From positions 62,001 to 126,000 of the forward strand of contig CBDAVP010000014.1 in NCBI GenBank assembly GCA_965201075.1: DNA of 64,000 nucleotides, read 5' to 3'. Positions 29,131 to 41,303 of the stretch are shown in pieces. A model generated the notes under the pieces. The model was not told the origin of the DNA. It searched no databases and worked only from the letters and a program-made list of their open reading frames with translations. Made by a program: the position numbers and the translations under genes. This DNA is from Isosphaeraceae bacterium (GTDB lineage Bacteria > Planctomycetota > Planctomycetia > Isosphaerales > Isosphaeraceae). Each line of letters starts with the position of its first letter. Within the stretch, counting starts at the first letter, position 1.

Positions 29131-30452
29131 TGAGACACGGGATCTTCCTGTCGATCGCCCTCGCCGTCGGCGTCGTCAACCCCGCCGTGGGCCAGACGGC
29201 CGCCTACACGCCGCTGTCCTCGTGGACCGACCCCACCTCGGTCGCTCGCTCACGCTGGGAATCCGACCTGCAAGAGCGGCTCACCCCCGCCAAGCCAGTC
29301 AGGCCGGAGGACCGCCCCCGACTCGCAGGGCTCCGGCCTCGGAGCGTCGAACTGCTCGAAGACGGCCTCATGAAGAAGCAGAAGGCGAAACTCCGCAACG
29401 ACCCTCGCCTGGCCCGTCGGGCAATCTCCGACCTTTATCGGAGCCCCAGGGCCGGGAGGAACGTCCTGCACGGCACGATGGCCGAGGCGATCTTCCTCGA
29501 CCGCAACCCGGAGTGGGGCTACGTCAGAAAGCAGAACGCCCCCCAGCACGATGTCTATCGCTGGGTCAACGGCCGCAGGACGCCGCTCAACGGCCAGATC
29601 AAATTTCATAAAGAGGTGAGGCCGTCCGTTTACGCCGCAGACATGAGAGAAGACCATCTCGCCCGCAGGTTCTTTATACCGGATGATCACGTCGATCCAG
29701 TCAAGACGTACTTGAAGGCTGAGGCCATGCGGCTGGAGGCTGGCGGCGATCCGGCGGCTGCACTGAAGAAGTGGGGGGACTATCGTCGAATTCGTCCTCT
29801 CGGTGCGACGTCCGCAGAGATCCGATCGGCGGCGACCGAGGCCGCCCGCAGCCTGGCCAGGGAGAGGTCTGCGACGTACACCTCGCTCGGGGCGACCCTG
29901 GCGTTGTCCTTCGGATCGACGGCCTACGACTGGGCCTCCGGCGATCTCTCGGCGAACGTCGCCGCCTACAGGGCCATGCAGGCGGGGAGCATGCTCGTGG
30001 CGGCGGCCGGTGCCGACGCCGCATTGAAGAGGCTCGCCCAAGGCAGCCTGCGGGGCACGCTTAGGGGGAACGCCATCGTCGGGGCGACCCTCCTCTTCGT
30101 CGAGACCGCCTGGTCAGCCCACGAGCACGGGTGGGGACAAGCCCTCTCCCGGCCCGAGTTCTACGAGCAATTCGGCGGCGGGGTGGGCTCATTCTCGCTC
30201 GGGCTTGCGGCGGGCACCCTCGCCACCGGCCTGGCGGTCGAGACTGGGCCTCTTGCACTTGTAATCGGGGGTGGCGTTGGCCTCATCACGGGCACGGTCG
30301 GCTACTTCGGCGGCAGGGCGACGACCCGAGCGATAATCGAGATCCTCTCGCCGGAGATGCTCAGGACCGAGGAGCGGCAGCGGGTCGAGTCGGTGAAGTC
30401 GGCATTGGATGGGGGCATCGCCAGGCTACAGAATTTCAGCCAGCCTCGTTGA
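29130..30452 (+). CDS. Secreted hypothetical protein with C-terminal Gly-rich hydrophobic helices
   Basis: TGATG overlap; signal peptide MRHGIFLSIALAVG; GGGVG-rich C-terminus. Confidence 0.7.
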   Translation: MRHGIFLSIALAVGVVNPAVGQTAAYTPLSSWTDPTSVARSRWESDLQERLTPAKPVRPEDRPRLAGLRPRSVELLEDGLMKKQKAKLRNDPRLARRAISDLYRSPRAGRNVLHGTMAEAIFLDRNPEWGYVRKQNAPQHDVYRWVNGRRTPLNGQIKFHKEVRPSVYAADMREDHLARRFFIPDDHVDPVKTYLKAEAMRLEAGGDPAAALKKWGDYRRIRPLGATSAEIRSAATEAARSLARERSATYTSLGATLALSFGSTAYDWASGDLSANVAAYRAMQAGSMLVAAAGADAALKRLAQGSLRGTLRGNAIVGATLLFVETAWSAHEHGWGQALSRPEFYEQFGGGVGSFSLGLAAGTLATGLAVETGPLALVIGGGVGLITGTVGYFGGRATTRAIIEILSPEMLRTEERQRVESVKSALDGGIARLQNFSQPR

Positions 30453-30753
30453 GGTAAGACGAGGAGCGGGTTGTCACAACCCGCACATCCCCTCGCACTC
30501 GCCCCCAGCTACCCCGCCGCTTATCTCCTTCTCATCTAGGTTCACGTCGGCCAAGGGCAGGCAACTTCTGTGCAGGTAGAGGCTCTGCTCTTGGTTCCTA
30601 TTGGCCACCGTGCCCGACCGCCGCAGGACCTCGTCCATCTCGACCGCCCTGGCTATCGCCGAGGGTGGGCCTTCGGCCTGTATCCCGCCCGGATGGCGGT
30701 TACCGTCGATCCAGGATGAGCACCGTCACCTCCTGGCCCTTGGGACGAAGCCG

Positions 30754-31280
30754 TTACCCCTTGTACCCGCCTGGCGACCAGGCGAGGATGTGCCCTTGCC
30801 AGATCAGGTAGGGACGACTCGCCCCATCACCCAACGTCACGAACACGGCCTCGGGCAGGTCGTCGATCTTCGTCACGAAGGTCCGCTTCGAGCGGCCGGG
30901 GCCGACCCGCTCCTCGTGCAGCCGGTCGTCGATCGATGCGGCGGTGGGGCGGCCGTCAGTGACGTCGATCCCGTTGGCGACGGCCCAGGCGGCTGCGAAC
31001 TGCTCGAATGATCTCCTGCGGCACTCGAAGCAGGGACGGTGGCCGGCAGCCAGGGCGGTCGCCTCGTCGAGGAAGAATAATTCCGTGTAGCGGTCCGGGG
31101 CCATGACCTGCCGGTGCCGCCGTCGAACTCCAGCAGGCGGATCAGCCAGCGCTTGACCTGCCAGGGACGGCGGATGCGGCCGAGACCGTCGTTCAGCCGG
31201 CCCCGGTTGCCCATCATCGTCCCACGCTCGGGGGCGGCGAGGATTTCGCCGGAGGGGGCGACCCGGTTCTGCCTGGGCAA
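30754..31280 (-). pseudogene. Conserved hypothetical gene, frameshifted
   Basis: QNRVAP.GE...MGNRG in one frame and YTELFFLDEATALAAGHRPCFECRR in another; shift near 31115. Confidence 0.75.
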
Positions 31281-31654
31281 CGGACTCCCTCGAACGTCTC
31301 AAATCCCGATGCGACGTCGCCAGATCAATCGGGCCTGCTCGCCTTCCGCTGCTTCTCGAAGAACTCGACGATCGGGCCTGGGGCGCCCAGGCCGTGCGGG
31401 TGGTGGCCCTGGCCCGGCTTGACGATCCGCTCGACCGGCCCTCCCAGGGCTTGGTAGCGGTCGTACAAGACCCCCGAGTTCTCCGAATGCGGCACGACCC
31501 GGTCGCTATCACCGTAGACCAGCAGTATCGGGATCTTAGCCTCGGCGAGCGGTGCGAGGTTGTCCACGGGGTTGTGCCGGTAGGCAATGGCCTCCTGATC
31601 ATCCTCGAAGCCGTAGGCCCTGAGCAGCTTCGCCCACTCCTCCGGCGAGCCCTG

Positions 31655-33171
31655 CAATAGTGTCCGGGACTTTGTCTCCATCAAATCTTCACTTGCGCTT
31701 TTGGAAAACGGCGGCCAAACTCTCCTCATGGCGGCGAGGAAGCGATCCCCCAATGTGGTTCCACCTTCCCAACGACCCCAATACCTCGGGTCCGAGGAAG
31801 CGCGGCAGCGTGACTTGCCCCTCTGGCCCGAACAGGTCGTGGGGGCCAAATCCCTCCGCTGCCTCGAACGGCTCATCGACGGGCTTCGGCAAGAGGCCCC
31901 CCACGGCAACCGCCAACTCTTCCTCGATGATGTCCTGGTTGCCTATCTCCTGGCCTTCTTCAACCCCACCCTCAGGTCCTTGCGCGCCATCGAGGACTTC
32001 AGCCAGACCCGCCAAGCTCAGAAGCACCTCACCCTCGGAAAACTCTGCAAGAGCACCCTCTCCGACTTCAACAAACTGGCCGACCCCAATCGGTTGCAGC
32101 CCATCCTCGATCATCTCCGGCGTGAGGTCCTCAAGCCGGGGCCAAACCAGGCCCCCGGCCCGCTGGCCACGCTGCATCGCCAGGTCCTGGCCGTCGACGG
32201 CACCTTCCTCAAGGCCGCCACCGCCGTGACCTGGGCCATCCGCCGACGCGGCAACCAGGTCGGCGCGCGGCTGGACTTCCACCTCGACGCCAAGACCTGG
32301 CTGCCGGAGGTGCTGGTCATCCCCGAGCACCACCAGAGCGAGGCGCGGACCGCCCAGGAGACGATCACCCCCGGGGCCATCCATCTCTACGATCGGGGCA
32401 TCTTCAGCTTCGAGTTGGTCGCGGCCCATGCCCCCCAATCGGCCGATTTCGTGATGCGGATCCGCGAGCCGAGCCCACGCGGCCTGGGGCTGGAGACCGT
32501 CGAGGCCCGCCCACTCACCGACGAGGCCCGGGACGCGGCAGTCACGAGCGATCGCCTGGTGCGTCTGGTCGGTTCGGACCATTGCCGGCCGCCGGAGATG
32601 GTCCTGCGCGAGGTGGTGATCCGCCCCCCTGAGGACCCCGACCGTCCGATCCACCTGCTGACAAGCTTGCGGGACCTCGACGCTTCGGTCATCGGGCTGC
32701 TGTACCGTCATCGCTGGCAGATCGAGTTGTTTTTCCGCTGGTTGAAGTCGTATGCGCGGTTCGACCACCTGATCAGCCACAACCGCGAGGGGGTGCTGCT
32801 GCACTTCTACGTGGCGGTGATCGGCGTGACGTTGATGTATCTGCACATGGGCCATCGCCCTAGCAAGTATCTGTTCACGATGATGGGGATGGTGGCCAAC
32901 GGCTCGGCGACGCTGGAGGAAGTCCTGCCGATCCTGCGGGAACGGGAACGTCAGTGCCAGATGCAGCGTGAGCGAGTGGCGCGAAAGCGTGCCGAAACGA
33001 CCAGGTGAGCGATCCGGGCCGGTCCACGCCCAGTGGACGCGGTCACGCCGCGGCCTGCGCGGTGAGGGGCCTGATCTTGTCAGGCAACCCACGGAAAGAT
33101 CCCCGCCCGCCCAGGATGCGCTCTCCCGAGGCAGTCATTTGGCCCATTCCTCGAAATCCCGGACACTATTG
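31655..33171 (+). mobile_element. IS4-family insertion sequence
   Basis: Perfect 15-bp IR CAATAGTGTCCGGGA; 8-bp duplication GAGCCCTG at 31647-31654 and 33172-33179. Confidence 0.95.
31728..33008 (+). CDS. IS4 transposase
   Basis: AVDGT, YDRG, YRHRWQIELFFRWLK (YREK motif). Confidence 0.93.
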   Translation: MAARKRSPNVVPPSQRPQYLGSEEARQRDLPLWPEQVVGAKSLRCLERLIDGLRQEAPHGNRQLFLDDVLVAYLLAFFNPTLRSLRAIEDFSQTRQAQKHLTLGKLCKSTLSDFNKLADPNRLQPILDHLRREVLKPGPNQAPGPLATLHRQVLAVDGTFLKAATAVTWAIRRRGNQVGARLDFHLDAKTWLPEVLVIPEHHQSEARTAQETITPGAIHLYDRGIFSFELVAAHAPQSADFVMRIREPSPRGLGLETVEARPLTDEARDAAVTSDRLVRLVGSDHCRPPEMVLREVVIRPPEDPDRPIHLLTSLRDLDASVIGLLYRHRWQIELFFRWLKSYARFDHLISHNREGVLLHFYVAVIGVTLMYLHMGHRPSKYLFTMMGMVANGSATLEEVLPILRERERQCQMQRERVARKRAETTR

Positions 33172-33786
33172 GAGCCCTGGCCGGTGCCCAGCCCCTTCGG
33201 GCTCCCGCCGGGCCAACTCTTGAAGTCGCACACGCCGTTGTCCAGGTAGACCAGCAGCGTCCTGTCGGGATGGGCGGTGGCCCAGGCCATGCAGTACAGC
33301 GCCCCCCTGCTCATGCCGATCAGGGCGGGCCTGGGGCTCAAGCCCCGGTCCTTAACCAGGACGTCGTAGAACTTCTCCCAGCGAGCGACGGCCTCCGGCG
33401 AGCCGAACTGGTCGGGGATGCCCATGTACGCCAGGTGCCAGCCTTTCTTGAGCAGGGCGATGTCGGCGTTGGGGAAGGCCCCGAAGAACTCGCCCCGCCA
33501 GGCCCACGGGCGGCCGGGCAACGGCGTGGCGGGCTCGACGACGATCACGTCGGCCCCGTCCACCCGGAAGTCGTGGCGGGCGAAGCCCTCCCAGTGTCCT
33601 GCCTTGCCGGGGAAGGGCTTCGGCTCCTCGCCTCGGGCAAGCATGCAGGAAGCGAGCATGGTCAAGGCGACGACGAATTTCTTCATGAAGCATACCCCGC
33701 TGGATCGGTGGGCCGGTCAGGCTCTTCGGGCGACTGCCGGCGACATGAATGGTATCGTGCCGGTCGTCGCCTCGCCCGTACCACTC

Positions 33787-34326
33787 CTACGCTTCGAGCC
33801 CGACTCCCGACGTCCACGAGCCGGTGTGGCCGAGCGTCCTCCCCATGGCGACCGTCCGCTCGACCGGGCAGTCCCGGTAGGGGGCCGCCTCGACGAACCC
33901 GATCGCCCGGTGGAGGGCGACGGCCATCGCCATCTCGGGCAGGGTGTCCAGGACCATCCGCCGATAGCGCTGATCCTCTGCCCTGCGTACGATCTCCTCC
34001 ACCAGAAGCCTCCCCAGGCCCAGGTCCCGATGCCCGGCTGCGTCGTAGAGCCGCCTCATCTCGCAGGTCCCGCCTCCAAGGACCCTCAGGGCCACGCACC
34101 CGGCGGGGATGTCCCCGTCCATCGCCAGCACGAGGCATCCCGAGGGCGGGGCATAGCGTCCCGGCAGCCCGGCGACCTCGGCGTCGAACCCCTGGACGTC
34201 GACGATCACGGAGACCAGGGGGCCGTGCTCGGCAGCATAGTGCCGGAGCAGGCCCCGGGCATGGCCGAGATCCTCCCCCCCCCCCTCGACGTTTACCAGA
34301 CGGGCCGATGGCTCGCCCGCTCTCAT
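33787..34326 (-). CDS. GNAT N-acetyltransferase
   Basis: GCVALR...CEMRRLY...GLGRLL...LDTLPEM. Confidence 0.82.
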   Translation of the reverse strand: MRAGEPSARLVNVEGGGEDLGHARGLLRHYAAEHGPLVSVIVDVQGFDAEVAGLPGRYAPPSGCLVLAMDGDIPAGCVALRVLGGGTCEMRRLYDAAGHRDLGLGRLLVEEIVRRAEDQRYRRMVLDTLPEMAMAVALHRAIGFVEAAPYRDCPVERTVAMGRTLGHTGSWTSGVGLEA

Positions 34327-34886
34327 CGGCCCTCGTCCCCGGCAGACCGCAATCCGGCGATCCCGTCGATGCTCGTCCTGTTCTTCCTGGCCTTGTACCG
34401 CTCCATTCCCTCCGGCCCCTTCTTCTGGGCGTAGGCGATCAACTGGGGCCGCTCGCCCTTGTACTCGTAGAGCGGCACGGCGTACCCGCACGAATCGGCG
34501 ACCCGATCCACGTCCACCACGATCACCGAGCGGACCCCCGGATACTCGGGGAACTCGGCGATCAGGCCGTCCCAATCGGGATCGCCCGGCTCGACGACCC
34601 GGCCCCGGCCGTAGAGCCGGAGGATGAGCGGGCGGCCCTCGAAGGCGCAGAACAGGATCGTGACCCGGCCGTTCTGACGGAGGTGGGCGACCGTCTCGAT
34701 CCCGCTGCCGGTCAGGTCGAGGTAGGCGACCGAGTTCGGCCCGAGGATGCGGAAGGTGTCCAGCCCCTTGGGAGAGACATTGAGGTGGCCGTCCGGGGAG
34801 TCCGGGGCCGTCCCGACGAAGAAAAGATGCTGCCTCCCGATGAATGCCGCCAGTTTCTCGTCGATCTGATCGTAGACCTTGCCCAT
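34323..34886 (-). CDS. Pyridoxamine 5'-phosphate oxidase family protein
   Basis: FFVGTAP..GHLNVSPKG, YLDLTGSG.ET, SCGYAVP. Confidence 0.88.
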   Translation of the reverse strand: MGKVYDQIDEKLAAFIGRQHLFFVGTAPDSPDGHLNVSPKGLDTFRILGPNSVAYLDLTGSGIETVAHLRQNGRVTILFCAFEGRPLILRLYGRGRVVEPGDPDWDGLIAEFPEYPGVRSVIVVDVDRVADSCGYAVPLYEYKGERPQLIAYAQKKGPEGMERYKARKNRTSIDGIAGLRSAGDEGR

Positions 34887-34929
34887 CTTGCCCTCGTTTC
34901 GGGAAGCCTCCCGGTGCCTGGGGGCCCGA

Positions 34930-36053
34930 TCAGGACGAATCCGCCCCGCCCGTGACCACCCGCAGCCCATGGGCCTCGGCGATCGACGGGGGCTCGTAGC
35001 GGGCCGCCAGCCCCCGGATGACCTTCTCGGGCACCGGGCGATCCCGACTCCGGTTGCGATCGAGTATCACCGGGAGCGGCGGCTCGATGTAGACGACCTC
35101 GATGCGGGCGTCGTAGGCGGTGAACAGGTCGATCCACCGCCGCCGGGTCTGCCGGAGGAGGTTCGTGGCGTTGAAGGCGAACGACCGGCCCGACCGGAGG
35201 AACTCCCGGCACCGCTCGCCGGCCTCCTGGATGACCCCGCCCTGGTCGTCGGTCGGGCCGACCCCCAGGTCGTCCCGGACGTCATCGAGCGAGACGACAG
35301 GGAGGCCCGGGCGGCGGGCCGCCAGCCAGGCGTCCTTGCCGCTCCCCGGCAGGCCCGACATCATCGTCACCGTGCAGCGGTGCGCCTCGTGGGGCGAGTA
35401 GTGGAGGCTCGGACGCTCGGCCCGGTAGAAGACGAACCGGGCGTGGTCGCTGGGGAACGGGTATGGCCCATCCAGGCAGCCGTTCTCCTCGGCGACCAGC
35501 CGCCAGAGGGGCAGGTCCTCCTCGGGGCGGCCCATCTGGGCGGTCTGGCGGCCCCGGGTGTCGGCCAGGGCGAACAGGAAGAGCAGTTGGTTGGAGATCA
35601 GCCAGGAGAGCGAGACGACCTCGTGGGCCGGGTCGGGCTTTTCGAGGAGGAACGGGGGGCGCCCGTGGAAGCGGACCATCCGGGCGATCTCCTCTCGGGT
35701 CGCCAGGTCGCAGCCCAGATCCCGGAGGATTGACCGGGCGAGGTGCTCCCCCTTGACGGCGTGCTTGGGGGAGGTGACACGGCCCGTCCCGGGATCGACC
35801 TGCGTCGTCAGCGGCTTCCCCGAGTCGTGGAAGAGGGCGGTGAAGGCGAGGACCGTCCGCTCCTGCTGAGAGAAAGCCTCCCAGCCCTCAAGCCCCGGCA
35901 ACTCGGAGCAGACCATCTTGGTGTGGGTCCAGACATCCCCCTCGGCATGCCACCCCGCATCCTGGCCGCAATTGGCCATCGCCACGGCCCAGGGCTGGTC
36001 CCCGGCCCAGGCCACGATGTCGTCGAGTGAGGCACTCCGAAGGTCGTCCCAGT

Positions 36054-36057
<4 letters not shown>
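34930..36057 (-). CDS. HD phosphohydrolase + P-loop (polynucleotide kinase-like) protein
   Basis: [32 protein letters not shown]. Confidence 0.85.
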
Positions 36058-36794
<737 letters not shown>

Positions 36795-37094
36795 GGCCAG
36801 CCCCACCTTCTCGATCAGATCGTGGAGGGGCGCCGAACTGGCGTCCTTCACCGGCATTCGGAAGTCCGAGTCTCCCCGAGAAGGGACGATCGATCCTCGC
36901 CCGCTTCGAAGCCTCCGACATCGGACAGGATCGAGGCCAAAATGGTTCGGAGGACCGCCCGCTGTCTCGACAGTCAATGCCGATACCCGGGGTCGGCATT
37001 GAAGATGCGGCGATATCTCATGAGGCGATCGACGCCCCGAGAAGAAACTCGGGGTCATCGTGGGCGACACCCTGTCCCGTGAGGCGAAAGACCC

Positions 37095-37577
37095 ATGAGC
37101 GGAATTCCCAAGGCGAAAATCGTCCACGCCGGGCAGGGCAAGAAGGTCGCCGTCGCAGGCGACCTCTACACCTTCCTGGCCGAGGGCGATGACACCAGTC
37201 GGGGCTACGCCATCTGGGAGGCGGTCGTGCCGCCCGGCGGCGGGCCGCCCCCCCACATCCAAAGCCGGGAGGACGAGGGGTTCTACGTGCTGGAGGGGGA
37301 GATCACCTTCGTTGCTGACGGCCAGGAGGTCGTGGCCCGCAAGGGGTCGTTCCTGAATATCCCCAGGGGCGTCCTCCACACCTTCAGGAATCAGAGCCCC
37401 GCCGACGCCCGGATGCTGATCCTGGTGGCCCCGGCGGGGATGGAGAAGATGTTCGAGGAGGCGGGCAACGTCGTCACCGATCCGTCGGCCAGGCCCTCGC
37501 CGCTGACGCCGGAGGAGTTGGCGAAGATGGGCTCGATCGCCCCGAAATACGGCATCGAGATCCGGCCCAATGGGTGA
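37095..37577 (+). CDS. Cupin domain protein
   Basis: [30 protein letters not shown]. Confidence 0.88.
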   Translation: MSGIPKAKIVHAGQGKKVAVAGDLYTFLAEGDDTSRGYAIWEAVVPPGGGPPPHIQSREDEGFYVLEGEITFVADGQEVVARKGSFLNIPRGVLHTFRNQSPADARMLILVAPAGMEKMFEEAGNVVTDPSARPSPLTPEELAKMGSIAPKYGIEIRPNG

Positions 37578-37655
37578 CGGCAATGTCTTCGGCCCAGCAT
37601 GCCCTCGTCCCGAGATTGTTGCTCGGGACGGTCGGCAAACATCGGGTATTCGACC

Positions 37656-38510
37656 ATGACGACCGATTTCGATAGCACGTTCTCCCACCACGTCTGCCGA
37701 CTCGACGACGTTCAAATCCATCACGTCATCGGCGGCGAGGGCGAGCCGCTGGTGCTGCTCCACGGCTGGCCCCAGACGTGGTTCGAATGGCGTCGGGTGA
37801 TGCCGAAGCTGGCTGAGCACTACACTGTGATCGCCCCAGACCTGCGGGGCCTGGGCGACTCATCCAGGCCGGACTCGGGGTACGACCTCCGCACCCTCTC
37901 GGGCGACATCCGGCGGCTCGTCGAACACCTCGGCCTCGGGGCGATCCGCCTGGTCGGTCACGACCTGGGAGGCCCCGTCGCCTACGCCTACGCCGCCCAG
38001 TGGCTGGGGGACGTCCTGGCCCTGGCTGTCGTGGAGGCCCCTCTCCTCGGGGTCAAGGTCGAGGGGGTCGACGACCTCAATCACCTGCTCTGGCACTTCA
38101 TGTTCCACCAGGCACCCGACATCCCCGAGGCCCTGGTTTCCGGGCGGGAGCGGGCGTACCTGACGTGGTTCTACAAGACCTTCGCCTACAACAAAGGAGC
38201 GATCGGCGAGGGGGAGATCGCCGAGTACGTGCGGTGCTACTCGGCCCCCGGCGGGCTGAGGGCGGGCTTCGCCCACTACCGGGCCTTCCCCGAGGATGTC
38301 CGGCAGGTGGCCGAATGGGCGAGGACGAGGCTCACGATGCCCGTCCTGGCCCTCGGGGGCGAGTTGTCGCTGGGGGAGATCACGAAGAAGCTCTATGGGG
38401 CCGTGGCCGAGGACGTGCGTGGCGGGGTCATTCCGCAGTGCGGACATTGGGTGGCCGAGGAGAGGCCCGACTATCTCGTCGATCAACTCCTGGCCTTCTT
38501 CGCATCATGA
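37656..38510 (+). CDS. Alpha/beta hydrolase (epoxide hydrolase-like)
   Basis: LLHGWPQ, GHDLGG, GHWVAEE. Confidence 0.9.
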   Translation: MTTDFDSTFSHHVCRLDDVQIHHVIGGEGEPLVLLHGWPQTWFEWRRVMPKLAEHYTVIAPDLRGLGDSSRPDSGYDLRTLSGDIRRLVEHLGLGAIRLVGHDLGGPVAYAYAAQWLGDVLALAVVEAPLLGVKVEGVDDLNHLLWHFMFHQAPDIPEALVSGRERAYLTWFYKTFAYNKGAIGEGEIAEYVRCYSAPGGLRAGFAHYRAFPEDVRQVAEWARTRLTMPVLALGGELSLGEITKKLYGAVAEDVRGGVIPQCGHWVAEERPDYLVDQLLAFFAS

Positions 38511-38533
38511 AGCGGCCCTCGGCCAACGACCGG

Positions 38534-39264
38534 CTACCAGGGGATCTCGCCGCTGTCGTCGAGGAATTTGCCGGTGGGCGGCGAATCCATCGTGGCCAGC
38601 TTCACGGCGATGGCCGCACCCTGCTCGACCGAGCGTGGGGCGGCCTCCGAACCCATGTCGGTCTTGACCCAGCCGGGGCAGGTCGAGTTGACCGAGATCC
38701 GGTCCCCGGCGAGGTCCTTGGCCAGCGCCACCGTCAGGCCATTGAGGGCCGACTTCGACGAGTTGTAGGCCAGCAGGTTGACCCCGTACCACGGCCCGCC
38801 CGGATCGCTGAGGACGCCGAGCGAGCCGAGCGTCGAGGACTGGTTGATGATCCGGGCCGATGAGGACTTCCTCAGCAGGGGGAGCATCGCCTTGGTCACG
38901 GCGAAGGCCCCGAAGACGTTGGTCTCGTAGGTCGCCTTCAAGGTCGCCAGGTCCAACTCCGATGGCCTCGTGTGGCCGGCGAATTCCTGGCTGATCCCGG
39001 CATTATTGACCAGGACGTTGAGGCGACCGAACCGCCCGTCGAGCCATCGGGCGGCGGCTTCGGCGGTGGACGGGTCGGTGACGTCCAGCCGGACCCTTGG
39101 ACGTCCAGCCCCTCGCCCCGGAGTCGGTCGGCGGCGGCGTTGACCTTGGCCTCGTCACGGGCGGCGAGGACGACGGTGAAGCCGAGCTTGCCGAGTTGGC
39201 GACCGATCTCGAAGCCGATCCCCTTATTGGCGCCCGTGATCAGGGCGACTTTCTTCTCATGCAT
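38534..39264 (-). pseudogene. SDR oxidoreductase, frameshifted
   Basis: TGANKGIG and YNSSK in different frames; one G missing near 39094-39096. Confidence 0.85.
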
Positions 39265-39482
39265 CGATCTATTCCCTTGATCCTAGGATGGAGTGCTCGC
39301 CCGGCCTACCAGGACATCCGCTCGGCACGCCGGATCTCCTGACCTGGCACTAGGAAGGTTTCTGTGAGCACTTACACCCGTGGGTATCGTAGTCCGCAAG
39401 GGCCGGAAGACAACCGATCGGGAGCCCAGGCGTACCAGACTCGAAACGATGGAATACGACATCCGCCGGCTTGCCAGGACGG

Positions 39483-40310
39483 TCAGTTGACAGTCGGCAC
39501 GATGCCACCATCCACCCGTAGATTCGCCCCGGTGATGTACCCAGCCAGCGGGCTGCACAGGAAGGCAACGGCGTGGGCGATCTCCTCGACCCTGCCGACA
39601 CGGGCCAGCGAGATGGCGAGGACGTTCTCCACGATCGACCTCTCGACCTCGGGCCATTCCCCCTCACCGCCGTCGGCCCAGCCACGCTCACGGGCCATTT
39701 CTCGAAACGCCCGCTCCAGTTTGGGCGTCAGGATTGTGCCGGGGGAGACGGTATTCACCGTGACGCCATCCCGGCCCACCTCCTTGGAGAGCGAGACGGT
39801 GAGGTTGTTGACGGCGGCCTTGGCCGCCGAGTAGGCCGCCCCCTTGGCCATCGGCATGGCCCCGGCCCCGCTGGAGATGTTCACGACCCGGCCTCACCCC
39901 GCCTCACGCATCGGCGGGATCAACCGCCGGTTCAGGCGGACGATGCTCAGCACGTTCTTAGCATACATGTCCGCCCACTCCTCGGGCGAGGTTCGTTCCA
40001 CCGGGTCTTTTTCGCCGGAGCCCCCGGCGTTGTTGACCAAGATGTCGATCCCACCCAACGCCGCCGACGCCGATTCGGCAACCCGCTCGGCATCGCCGCC
40101 TTGAGAGAGGTCGCCCAGCACGACGACGGCCCGACCTCCTGCCGCCTCGATCCCCCGGCGGACCTGCATGGCCCGCCCCTCGTCACGCCCGTGGATCGCC
40201 ACGAGGACACCCTCGGCGGACAGAATCCTGGCGATGGCCGCACCGATGCTGCCACTGCTCCCCGTGACCAAGGCCCGCTTCCCGTTCAGTTGCAAATCCA
40301 TGTCGCCCAC
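39483..40310 (-). pseudogene. SDR oxidoreductase with internal stop
   Basis: In-frame TGA at 39894-39896 (expected Trp) between NNAG and YSAAK. Confidence 0.85.
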
Positions 40311-40474
40311 CGTGGGAGGGAAGGACGTCGGCCCTTATCGACGATGAGGAAGCTCGGGCGACCGGACGGGCCGGTCATGTTCGAAGGCTGGGCCCTCGAC
40401 GTGCCGTGTCCAGGCATTTAAGGTCGATGGGACTGAAGAGGCAAGTAGGCACCTCCAAGTACCGTAGGCACCCA

Positions 40475-40843
40475 ATGGTCTCCAGAAATCGATCATACAT
40501 CCCTTCCCCCGAGGAATGCCCCCTGCATTTCTTGTTCGACCTGCTCGGCGACAAGTGGACGCTCTCCTTGCTCTACATCCTCTCGCTTGGCGTCCAGCGT
40601 TATGGCGAGTTGCAGCGTCAACTTCATGGCATCTCCAAGAAGATGCTCACACAGACCCTCCGATCGATGGAGGCGGACGGTCTGGTCGAGCGTGTCATGT
40701 ACCCGGTCGTGCCGCCGAAGACCGAATATAAGCTGACGCCCCTGGGCACGAAGCTTTTCGAACCTTTGGAGGGCCTCGGCGTCTGGGCCAATGGGCATCG
40801 GGACGACCTGAGTTCGATCCAAGCCCGGAGGATGCAGCGGTAG
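40475..40843 (+). CDS. HxlR-family transcriptional regulator
   Basis: CP...DKW...ISKKMLTQTLR.ME.DGLV.R...PPKTEYKLT. Confidence 0.9.
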   Translation: MVSRNRSYIPSPEECPLHFLFDLLGDKWTLSLLYILSLGVQRYGELQRQLHGISKKMLTQTLRSMEADGLVERVMYPVVPPKTEYKLTPLGTKLFEPLEGLGVWANGHRDDLSSIQARRMQR

Positions 40844-41303
40844 TAATCCACGGGGGCATTAGGCAAGCCAGGACGACTTGACATCAAACACCAACGGGGT
40901 CATGTCACATCGAGAATGTGAACCTCGCAGGGAAGCCCGCACTCTCCTGAGGGCGCTAGAGCCGGAAGATCGTCGGCGACCCCAGCGGTCAGCACTTCAT
41001 GATGGCAAGCCCGGGGCGAGTTAGGCTGGCACAAGCACGACGACGAGGGAGGACACTTTCCCGTCTTGATTGGCCGATTCCGCATGGAGTTGCGGGATCA
41101 TGCCGTCTGGCTGGAGGAGATCGATATGACGCTCGTGCTGTTCAGGGCGGGATGATCCCCGATCGAGGCAATCGGCGAACCGACGGAAAGTCCACGGGAC
41201 TATACAGTCGGGGACGGCGGTGAAGTGAAGGGCCTCTCCGTGCCGACCTTGAAGCAAATCGGTCAGGTATCGGACGAGCTTCGAACACCGACGAGGGATA
41301 CTC

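Larger units (their letters stand above)
31325..33686 (-). pseudogene. Secreted alpha/beta hydrolase interrupted by IS4
   Basis: N-part (GMSRG) 33172-33686 and C-part (YGDSD, GHHPHG) 31325-31654 rejoin across the target duplication. Confidence 0.88.

Noticed and set aside
34275..34285. Phase variation at a C11 tract in the GNAT gene
   Set aside because: Currently in frame; no other support.
31689..34955. Long antisense ORFs (e.g. 31689-33092, 33270-34955)
   Set aside because: Shadows of real genes in high-GC DNA, without recognisable motifs.
36795..37820. 588-aa version of the RNA ligase ORF
   Set aside because: The extension is antisense to the cupin and hydrolase genes; the family motif starts near 36794.
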